Shown here: positions 53,501-64,000 of the stretch, piece after piece | Layout of the letters: each line of letters begins with the position of its first letter | Position numbering within the stretch: position 1 is the first letter of the stretch | NCBI RefSeq assembly: GCF_964355755.1 | Contig: NC_092676.1 | Coordinates: 12,634,771-12,698,770, forward strand | Direction of reading: 5' to 3' | Origin: Antedon mediterranea | Lineage: Eukaryota; Animalia; Echinodermata | Length of the DNA: 64,000 bases | The notes under the pieces: model-generated | Seen by the model: the letters and a program-made list of their open reading frames with translations, nothing else | Told to the model about the DNA's origin: nothing | Databases searched by the model: none | Made by a program: the position numbers and the translations under genes

Positions 53501-56500
53501 AAAACATCAAAGTGTACAAAATAGCTTCAAATCGCATTTAGAGACGTTTTAGACCATTTTGTGCATTTCGATGAAACTTGGTTACACAAAAACATCAAAG
53601 TGCTTAAAATCACATTTAAAACCGTTTTAGAGCGTTTTGAGCATTTCGATAAACTTTTTACACAAAAACATCAAAGTGCACAAAATAGCTTCAAATCGCA
53701 TTTAGGGATGTTTTAGACCATTTTGTGCATTTCGATAAAACTTTTCACACAAAAACATCAAATTGCACAAAATAGCTTAATACCGTGTTTGAAATCATTT
53801 TAAACCATTTTGAGCATGTCGATAAAACTTTTCACACAAAAACATCAAAGTGCACAGAATATCTTCAAATCGCATTTAGAGACGTTTTAGACCATTTTGT
53901 GCATTTCGAAAAAATTTGTTAACATAAAAAGACCAAAGTGTTTAGAATATCTCCAAATCGCATTTGGAGACGTTTTAGACCATTTTGTGCATTTCGATGA
54001 AAATTGGTTACACAAAAACATCAAAGTGCTTAAAATCACATTTGAAACCGTTTTAGAGCATTTTGAGCATTTCGATAAAACTTTTCACACAAAAACATCA
54101 AAGTGTACAAAATAGCTTCAAATCACATTTGAAACCGTTTTAGACCATTTTGAGCATTTCGATAAAACTTTTCACACAAAAACATCAAAGTGTACAAAAT
54201 AGCTTCAAATCGCATTTGGAGACGTTTTAGACCATTTTGTGCATTTCGATGAAACTTGGTTACACAAAAACATCAAAGTGCTTAAAATCACATTTAAAAC
54301 CGTTTTAGAGCATTTTTAGCATTTCGATAAAACTTTTCACACAAAAACATCAAAGTGTACAAAATAGCTTCAAATCGCATTTAGAGAGGTTTTAGACAAT
54401 TTTGTGCATTTCGATAAAACTTTTCACACAAAAACATCAAAGTGTACAAAATAGCTTCAAATTGCATTTAGAGACGTTTTAGACCATTTTGTGCATTTCG
54501 ATAAAACTTTTCACACAAAAACATCAAATTGCACAAAATCGTTTTAAACCATTTTAAATCGTTTTAAACCATTTTGAGCATGTCGATAAAACTTTTCACA
54601 AAAAACATCAAAGTGCACAGAATAGCTTCAAATTGCATTTGGAGACGTTTTAGAGCATTTTGTGCATTTCGATAAAATGTGTTAACATAAAAAGACCAAA
54701 GTGTTTAGAATATCTTCAAATCACATTTGGAGACGTTTTAGACCATTTTTTGCATTTCGATGAAACTTGGTTACACAAAAACATCAAAGTGCTTAAAATC
54801 ACATTTGAAACCGTTTTAGAGCATTTTGAGCATTTCGATAAAACTTTTCACACAAAAACATCAAAGTGTACAAAATAGCTTCAAATCGCATTTAGAGACG
54901 TTTTAGACCATTTTTTGCATTTCGATGAAACTTGGTTACACAAAAACATCAAAGTGCTTAAAATCACATTTAAAACCGTTTTAGAGCATTTTTAGCATTT
55001 CGATAAAACTTTTCACACAAAAACATCAAAGTGTACAAAATAGCTTCAAATCGCATTTAGAGAGGTTTTAGACAATTTTGTGCATTTCGATAAAACTTCT
55101 CACACAAAAACATCAAAGTGTACAAAATAGCTTCAAATTGCATTTAGAGACGTTTTAGACCATTTTGTGCATTTCGATAAAACTTTTCACACAAAAACAT
55201 CAAATTGCACAAAATCGTTTTAAACCATTTTGAGCATTTCGATAAAACTTTTCACAAAAAAACATCAAAGTGTTTAGAATATCTTCAAATCACATTTGGA
55301 GACGTTTTAGACCATTTTTTGCATTTCGATGAAACTTGGTTACACAAAAACATCAAAGTGCTTAAAATCACATTTGAAACCGTTTTAGAGCATTTTGAGC
55401 ATTTCGATAAAACTTTTCACACAAAAACATCAAAGTGTACAAAATAGCTTCAAATCGCATTTAGAGACGTTTTAGACCATTTTGTGCATTTCAAAAAAAT
55501 TTGTTAACATAAAAAGACCAAAGTGTTTAGAATATCTCCAAATCGCATTTGGAGACGTTTTAGACCATTTTGTGCATTTCGATGAAACTTGGTTACACAA
55601 AAACATCAAAGTGCTTAAAATCACATTTGAAACCGTTTTAGAGCATTTTTAGCATTTCGATAATACTTTTCACACAAAAACATCAAAGTGTACAAAATAG
55701 CTTCAAATCGCATTTGGAGACGTTTTAGACCATTTTGTGCATTTCGATGAAACTTGGTTACACAAAAACATCAAAGTGCTTAAAATCACATTTGAAACCG
55801 TTTTAGACCATTTTGAGCATTTCGATAAAACTTTTCACACAAAAAAATCAAAGTGCACAAAATAGCTTCAAATCGCATTTGGAGACGTTTTAGACTATTT
55901 TGTGCATTTTGAAAAAATTTGTTAACATAAAAAGACCAAAGTGTTTAGAATATCTCCAAATCGCATTTGGAGACGTTTTAAACCATTTTGTGCATTTCGA
56001 TGGAACTTGGTTACACAAAAACATCAAAGTGCTTAAAATCACATTTAAAACCGTTTTAGATCATTTCGAGCATTTCGATAAAACTTTTCAGACAAAAACA
56101 TCAAATTGCACAAAATAGCTTAATACCGTGTTCAAATCGTTTTAAACCATTTTGAGCATGTCGATAAAACTTTACACAAAAAAACATCAAAGTGCACAGA
56201 ATAGCTTCAAATCGCATTTGGAGACGTTTTAAACCATTTTGTGCATTTCAATAAAACTTTTCACATAAAAACAACAAAGTGTACAAAATAGCTTCAAATC
56301 GCATTTAGAGACGTTTTAGACCATTTTGGGCATTTCGTTGAAACTTGGTTACACAAATACATAAAAATGCTTAAAATCACATTTCAAACCGTTTTAGAGC
56401 ATTTTGAGCATTTCGATAAAACTTTTCACACAAAAACATCAAAGTGCACAAAATAGCTTCAAATCGCATTTAGAGATGTTTTAGACCATTTTGTGCAATT

Positions 56501-59500
56501 CGATAAAACTTTTCACACAAAAACATCAAATTGCACAAAATAGCTTAATATCGTGTTTGAAAACGTTTTAGACCATTTTGAGCATGTCGATAAAACTTTT
56601 CACACAAAAACATAAAAGTGAACAGAATAGCTTCAAATTGCATTTGGAGACGTTTTAGAGCATTTTGTGCATTTCGATAAAATGTGTTAACATAAAAAGA
56701 CCAAAGTGTTTAGAATATCTTCAAATCACATTTGGAGACGTTTTAGAGCATTTTGAGCATTTCGATAAAACTTTTCACACAAAAACATCAAATTGCACAA
56801 AATAGCTTAATATCGTGTTTGAAAACGTTTTAAACCATTTTGAGCATGTCGATAAAACTTTTCACACAAAAATATCAAAGTGCACAGAATATCTTCAAAT
56901 CGCATTTAGAGACGTTTTAGACCATTTTGTGCATTTCGAAAAAATTTGTTAACATAAAAAAACCAAAGTGTTTAGAATATCTCCAAATCGCATTTGGAGA
57001 CGTTTTAGACCATTTTGTGTTTTTCGAAAAAACTTTTCACACAAAAACATCAAAGTGTACAAAATTCCTTCAAATCGCATTTAGAGATGTTTTAGACCAT
57101 TTTGTGCATTTCGAAAAAATTTGTTAACATAAAAAGACCAAAGTGTTTAGAATATCTCCAAATCGCATTTGGAGACGTTTTAGACCATTTTGTGCATTTC
57201 GATGACACTTGGTTACACAAAAACATCAAAGTGCTTAAAATCACATTTAAAACCGTTTTAGAGCGTTTTGAGCATTTCGATAAACTTTTCAAACAAAAAC
57301 ATCAAAGTGTACAAAATAGCTTCAAATCGTATTTGGAGACGTTTTAGACCATTTTGTGCGTTTCGATGAATCTTGGTTACACAAAAACATCAGAGTGCTT
57401 AAAATCAAATTTAAAACCGTTTTAGTGCATTTTGAGCATTTCGATAAAACTTTTCACACAAAAACATCAAAGTGCACAAAATAGCTTCAAATCGCATTTA
57501 GAGATGTTTTAGACCATTTTGTGCGTTTCGATAAAACTTTTCACACAAAAACATCAAATTGCACAAAATAGCTTAATATCGTGTTTGAAAACGTTTTAGA
57601 CCATTTTGAGCATGTCGATAAAACTTTTCACACAAAAACATCAAAGTTTACAAAATAGCTTCAAATCACATTTGGAGACGTTTTAAACCATTTTGTGCAT
57701 TTCGAAAAAAACTTTTTAACATAAAAACACCAAAGTGCTTAGAATAGCTTCAAATCGCATTTGGAGACGTTTTAGACCATTTTGTGCATTTCGATGAAAC
57801 TTGGTTACACAAAAACATCAAAGTGCTTAAAATCACATTTGAAACCGTTTTAGAGCATTTTGAGCATTTCGATAAAACTTTTCACACAAAAACATCAAAG
57901 TTTACAAAATAGCTTCAAATCACATTTGAAACCGTTTTAGACCATTTTGAGCATTTCGATAAAACTTTTCACACAAAAACATCAAAGTGTACAAAATAGC
58001 TTCAAATCGCATTTGGAGACGTTTTAGACCATTTTGTGCATTTCGATGAAACTTGGTTACACAAAAACATCAAAGTGCTTAAAATCACATTTGAAACCGT
58101 TTTAGACAATTTTGAGCGTTTCGATAAAACTTTTCACAAAAATAAATCAGAGTGCACAAAATAGCTTCAAATCGCATTTGGAGACGTTTTAGACTATTTT
58201 GTGCATTTCGAAAAAATTTGTTAACATAAAAAGACCAAAGTGTTTAGAATATCTCCAAATCGCATTTGGAGACGTTTTAAACCATTTTGTGCATTTCGAT
58301 GGAATTTGGTTACACAAAAACATCAAAGTGCTTAAAATCACATTTAAAACCGTTTTAGAGCATTTTGAGCATTTCGATAAAACTTTTCATACAAAAACAT
58401 CAAAGTGTACAAAATAGCTTCAAATCGCATTTAGAGACGTTTTAGACCATTTTGTGCATTTTGATAAAACTTTTCACACAAAAACATCAAATTGCACAAA
58501 ATAGCTTAATATTGTGTTTGAAAACGTTTTAAACCATTTTGAGCATGTCGATAAAACTTTTCACACAAAAATATCAAAGTGCCCAGAATATCTTCAAATC
58601 GCATTTAGAGACGTTTTAGACCATTTTGTGCATTTCGAAAAAATTTGTTAACATAAAAAGACCAAAGTGTTTAGATTATCTCCAAATCGCATTTGGAGAC
58701 GTTTTAGACCATTTTGTGTTTTTCGAAAAAACTTTTCACACAAAAACATCAAAGTGTACAAAATTGCTTCAAATCGCATTTAGAGAGGTTTTAGACCATT
58801 TTGTGCATTTCGATAAAACTTTTCACACAAAAACATCAAAGTGCACAGAATATCTTAATACCGTGTCTGAAATCGTTTTAAACCATTTTGAGCATGTCGA
58901 TAAAACTTTTCACACAAAAACATCAAAGTGCACAGAATATCTTCAAATCGCATTTAGAGACGTTTTAGACCATTTTGTGCATTTCGAAAAAATTTGTTAA
59001 CATAAAAAGACCAAAGTGTTTAGAATATCTCCAAATCGCATTTGGAGACGTTTTAGACCATTTTGTGCATTTCGATGAAACTTGGTTACACAAAAACATC
59101 AAAGTGCTTAAAATCACATTTGAAACCGTTTTAGAGCATTTTGAGCATTTCGATAAAACTTTTCACATAAAAACATCAAAGTGTACAAAATAGCTTCAAA
59201 TCACATTTGAAACCGTTTTAGACCATTTTGAGCATTTCGATAAAACTTTTCACACAAAAACATCAAAGTGTACAGAATAGCTTCAAATCGCATTTGGAGA
59301 CGTTTTAGACCAATTTGTGCATTTCGATGAAACTTGGTTACACAAAAACATCAAAGTGCTTAAAATCACATTTGAAACCGTTTTAGAGCATTTTTAACAT
59401 TTCGATAATACTTTTCACACAAAAACATCAAAGTGTACAAAATAGCTTCAAATCGCATTTGGAGACGTTTTAGACCATTTTGTGCATTTCGATGAAACTT

Positions 59501-62500
59501 GGTTACACAAAAACATCAAAGTGCTTAAAATCACATTTGAAACCGTTTTAGAGCATTTTGAGCATTTCGATAAAACTTTTCACACAAAAAAATCAAAGTG
59601 CACAAAATAGCTTCAAATCGCATTTGGAGAGGTTTTAGACCATTTTGTGCATTTCGATAAAACTTTTCACACAAAAACATCAAAGTGTACAAAATAGCTT
59701 CAAATCGCATTTAGAGACGTTTTAGACCATTTTGTGCATTTCGATGAAACTTGGTTACACAAAAACATCAAAGTGCTTAAAATCACATTTAAAACCGTTT
59801 TAGAGCGTTTTGAGCATTTCGATAAACTTTTTACACAAAAACATCAAAGTGCACAAAATAGCTTCAAATCGCATTTAGGGATGTTTTAGACCATTTTGTG
59901 CATTTCGATAAAACTTTTCACACAAAAACATCAAATTGCACAAAATAGCTTAATACCGTGTTTGAAATCATTTTAAACCATTTTGAGCATGTCGATAAAA
60001 CTTTTCACACAAAAACATCAAAGTGCTCAGAATATCTTCAAATCGCATTTAGAGACGTTTTAGACCATTTTGTGCATTTCGAAAAAATTTGTTAACATAA
60101 AAAGACCAAAGTGTTTAGAATATCTCCAAATCGCATTTGGAGACGTTTTAGACCATTTTGTGCATTTCGATGAAAATTGGTTACACAAAAACATCAAAGT
60201 GCTTAAAATCACATTTGAAACCGTTTTAGAGCATTTTGAGCATTTCGATAAAACTTTTCACACAAAAACATCAAAGTGTACAAAATAGCTTCAAATTGCA
60301 TTTAGAGACGTTTTAGACCATTTTGTGCATTTCGATAAAACTTTTCACACAAAAACATCAAATTGCACAAAATCGTTTTAAACCATTTTAAATCGTTTTA
60401 AACCATTTTGAGCATTTCGATAAAACTTTTCACACAAAAACATCAAAGTGTACAAAATAGCTTCAAATCACATTTGAAACCGTTTTAGACCATTTTGAGC
60501 ATTTCGATAAAACTTTTCACACAAAAACATCAAAGTGTACAAAATAGCTTCAAATCGCATTTGGAGACGTTTTAGACCATTTTGTGCATTTCGATGAAAC
60601 TTGGTTATACAAAAACATCAAAGTGCTTAAAATCACATTTAAAACCGTTTTAGAGCATTTTTAGCATTTCGATAAAACTTTTCACACAAAAACATCAAAG
60701 TGTACAAAATAGCTTCAAATCGCATTTAGAGAGGTTTTAGACAATTTTGTGCATTTCGATCAAACTTTTCACACAAAAACATCAAAGTGTACAAAATAGC
60801 TTCAAATTGCATTTAGAGACGTTTTAGACCATTTTGTGCATTTCGATAAAACTTTTCACACAAAAACATCAAATTGCACAAAATCGTTTTAAACCATTTT
60901 AAATCGTTTTAAACCATTTTGAGCATGTCGATAAAACTTTTCACAAAAAACATCAAAGTGCACAGAATAGCTTCAAATTGCATTTGGAGACGTTTTAGAG
61001 CATTTTGTGCATTTCGATAAAATGTGTTAACATAAAAAGACCAAAGTGTTTAGAATATCTTCAAATCACATTTGGAGACGTTTTAGACCATTTTTTGCAT
61101 TTCGAAAAAATTTGTTAACATAAAAAGACCAAAGTGTTTAGAATATCTCCAAATCGCATTTGGAGACGTTTTAGACCATTTTGTGTTTTTCGAAAAACTT
61201 TTCACACAAAAACATCAAAGTGTAGAAAATTGCTTCAAATCGCATTTAGAGACGTTTTAGACCATTTTGTGCATTTCGAAAAAACTTTTTAAAATAAAAA
61301 CACCAAAGTGCTTAGAATAGCTTCAAATCGCATTTGGAGACGTTTTAGACCATTTTGTGCATTTCGATGAAACTTGGTTACACAAAAACATCAAAGTGCT
61401 TAAAATCACATTTGAAACCGTTTTAGAGCATTTTGAGCATTTCGATAAAACTTTTCACACAAAAACATCAAAGTGTACAAAATAGCTTCAAATCGCATTT
61501 AGAGACGTTTTAGACCATTTTTTGCATTTCGATGAAACTTGGTTACACAAAAACATCAAAGTGCTTAAAATCACATTTAAAACCGTTTTAGAGCATTTTT
61601 AGCATTTCGATAAAACTTTTCACACAAAAACATCAAAGTGTACAAAATAGCTTCAAATCGCATTTAGAGAGGTTTTAGACAATTTTGTGCATTTCGATAA
61701 AACTTCTCACACAAAAACATCAAAGTGTACAAAATAGCTTCAAATTGCATTTAGAGACGTTTTAGACCATTTTGTGCATTTCGATAAAACTTTTCACACA
61801 AAAACATCAAATTGCACAAAATCGTTTTAAACCATTTTAAATCGTTTTAAACCATTTTGAGCATTTCGATAAAACTTTTCACAAAAAACATCAAAGTGTT
61901 TAGAATATCTTCAAATCACATTTGGAGACGTTTTAGACCATTTTTTGCATTTCGATGAAACTTGGTTACACAAAAACATCAAAGTGCTTAAAATCACATT
62001 TGAAACCGTTTTAGAGCATTTTGAGCATTTCGATAAAACTTTTCACACAAAAACATCAAAGTGTACAAAATAGCTTCAAATCGCATTTAGAGACGTTTTA
62101 GACCATTTTGTGCATTTCGAAAAAATTTGTTAACATAAAAAGACCAAAGTGTTTAGAATATCTCCAAATCGCATTTGGAGACGTTTTAGACCATTTTGTG
62201 CATTTCGATGAAACTTGGTTACACAAAAACATCAAAGTGCTTAAAATCACATTTGAAACCGTTTTAGAGCATTTTTAGCATTTCGATAATACTTTTCACA
62301 CAAAAACATCAGTGTACAAAATAGCTTCAAATCGCATTTGGAGACGTTTTAGACCATTTTGTGCATTTCGATGAAACTTGGTTACACAAAAACATCAAAG
62401 TGCTTAAAATCACATTTGAAACCGTTTTAGACCATTTTGAGCATTTCGATAAAACTTTTCACACAAAAAAATGAACGTGCACAAAATAGCTTCAAATCGC

Positions 62501-64000
62501 ATTTGGAGACGTTTTAGACTATTTTGTGCATTTTGAAAAAATTTGTTAACATAAAAAGACCAAAGTGTTTAGAATATCTCCAAATCGCATTTGGAGACGT
62601 TTTAAACCATTTTGTGCATTTCGATGGAACTTGGTTACACAAAAACCTCAAAGTGCTTAAAATCACATTTAAAACCGTTTTAGAGCATTTTGAGCATTTC
62701 GATAAAACTTTTCACACAAAAACATCAAAGTGTACAAAATAGCTTCAAATCGCATTTAGAGAGGTTTTAGACCATTTTGTGCATTTCGATAAAACTTTTC
62801 ACACAAAAACATCAAAGTGTACAAAATAGCTTCAAATCGCATTTAGAGACGTTTTAGACCATTTTGTGCATTTCGATAAAACTTTTCACACAAAAACACC
62901 AAATTGCACAAAATAGCTTAATACCGTGTTTGAAATCGTTTTAAACCATTTTGAGCATGTCGATAAAACTTTTCACAAAAAAACATCAAAGTGCACAGAA
63001 TAGCTTCAAATCGCATTTGGAGACGTTTTAAACCATTTTGAGCATTTCGATAAAACTTTTCACACAAAAACATCAAAGTGTACAAAATAGCTTCAAATCG
63101 CATTTAGAGAGGTTTTAGACCATTTTGTGCATTTCGATAAAACTTTTCACACAAAAACATCAAATTGCACAAAATAGCTTAATATCGTGTTTGAAAACGT
63201 TTTAAACCATTTTGAGCATGTCGATAAAACTTTTCACACAAAAATATCAAAGCGCACAGAATATCTTCAAATCGCATTTAGAGACGTTTTAGACCATTTT
63301 GTGCATTTCGAAAAAATTTGTTAACATAAAAAGACCAAAGCGTTTAGAATATCTCCAAATCGCATTTGGAGACGTTTTAGACCATTTTGTGCATTTCGAT
63401 GAAACTTGGTTACACAAAAACATCAAAGTGCTTAAAATCACATTTAAAACCGTTTTAGAGCGTCTTGAGCATTTCGATAAACTTTTCACACAAAAACATC
63501 AAAGTGCACAAAATAGCTTCAAATCGCATTTAGAGATGTTTTAGACCATTTTGTGCATTTCGATAAAACTTTTCACACAAAAACATCAAATTGCACAAAA
63601 TAGCTTAATACCGTGTTTGAAATCGTTTTAAACCATTTTGAGCATGTCGATAAAACTTTTCACAAAAAAACATCAAAGTGCACAGAATAGCTTCAAATCG
63701 CATTTGGAGACGTTTTAAACCATTTTGTGCATTTCGATAAAACTTTTCACATAAAAACATCAAAGTGTCCAAAATAGCTTCAAATCGCATTTAGAGACGT
63801 TTTAGACCATTTTGGGCATTTATAAAAGTGCTTAAAATCACATTTCAAACCGTTTTAGAGCATTTTGAGCATTTCGATAAAACTTTTCACACAAAAACAT
63901 CAAAGTGCACAAAATAGCTTCAAATCGCATTTAGAGATGTTTTAGACCATTTTGTGCAATTCGATAAAACTTTTCACACAAAAACATCAAAGTGCACAAA
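27775..64000 (+). repeat. Large tandem duplication, period ~18.1 kb: copy 1 ~27775-45881, copy 2 ~45882 to beyond 64000
   Basis: ORF pairs give offsets 18107 (27977/46084, 29524/47631), 18106 (30872/48978 to 36554/54660), 18087 (37813/55900), 18086 (38841/56927 to 41984/60070) and 18348 (44176/62524, 45257/63605). Each change in offset matches an indel visible in the sequence. Confidence 0.95.
33475..44333 (+). repeat. Older nested duplication, offset ~6193 bp (~33475-37970 vs ~39668-44333), repeated again in the second 18-kb copy
   Basis: ORF pairs 33920/40113, 34347/40540, 34696/40889 and 35791/41984 differ by 6193. The offset becomes 6365 (36554/42919) after a 172-bp two-monomer insertion near 42.2-42.4 kb. 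Shared variants: TTTAGGGATG, GATGAAAATTGG, GTGCCCAGAA. Confidence 0.85.

Larger units (their letters stand above)
1..64000 (+). repeat. Tandem satellite DNA array, 87-bp base monomer with 88-bp and 78-bp variants, ~750 copies, single orientation, extending past both window edges
   Basis: The consensus ATCGCATTTAGAGACGTTTTAGACCATTTTGTGCATTTCGATAAAACTTTTCACACAAAAACATCAAAGTGTACAAAATAGCTTCAA (87 nt) recurs continuously. TCGA sites start at 38, 126, 204, 290, 377 and 464 (spacings 88, 78, 86, 87, 87). I found no non-repeat sequence anywhere. Confidence 0.99.

Noticed and set aside
19-63790. Many short repeated ORFs (e.g. MCISKKFVNIKRPKCLEYLQ..., MRFEAILYTL..., up to 143 aa at 13039-13470) as a repeat-protein or peptide gene family
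   Set aside because: Monomers of 87 and 78 bp are multiples of 3, so frames stay open by chance until the TAG in AAAATAGC. Many starts are TTG or GTG inside the repeat, ORFs overlap on both strands, paralogues are freely broken by stops and 1-bp indels, and there is no recognisable domain or expression signal.
1-64000. CRISPR array or other repeat-spacer system
   Set aside because: There are no unique spacers. The variable parts are homologous variants of one monomer, and no cas or other genes are present.
1-64000. Embedded transposon, telomeric repeat, rDNA unit or array inversion
   Set aside because: Reading through the window I found no non-satellite segment, no TTAGGG-type repeats, no rRNA sequence and no reverse-orientation monomers.
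1-64000. Assignment to a named satellite (alpha satellite, CEN178, CentO, CentGm etc.) or to an organism
   Set aside because: I do not recognise sequence similarity to any of these. Dimer length alone is not evidence, and a database search is needed.

Overview
The whole 64-kb window is one uninterrupted, head-to-tail, AT-rich (~31% GC in the base monomer) tandem satellite array. It holds roughly 750 monomers of an 87-bp family, with 88-bp and 78-bp subfamilies. I see no genes, RNA genes, CRISPR array, transposon insertion or strand inversion, and every listed ORF is a by-product of the repeat. The array looks like eukaryotic centromeric or pericentromeric satellite DNA, but I do not recognise the family or the organism. 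Its internal structure is rich: (i) a few monomer classes joined by ordering rules; (ii) two dyad symmetries per monomer and ~10-bp phased T- then A-tracts; (iii) deletions and point variants that map onto the predicted hairpins; (iv) nested near-identical duplications with periods of 676 bp, 2952 bp, 3.2 kb, ~6.2 kb, 7.3 kb and ~18.1 kb, which can be put in time order using shared indels; (v) a 262-bp block apparently copied from a distant part of the array. All coordinates and differences were read by eye with the ORF-track offsets as a check, so breakpoints are approximate.
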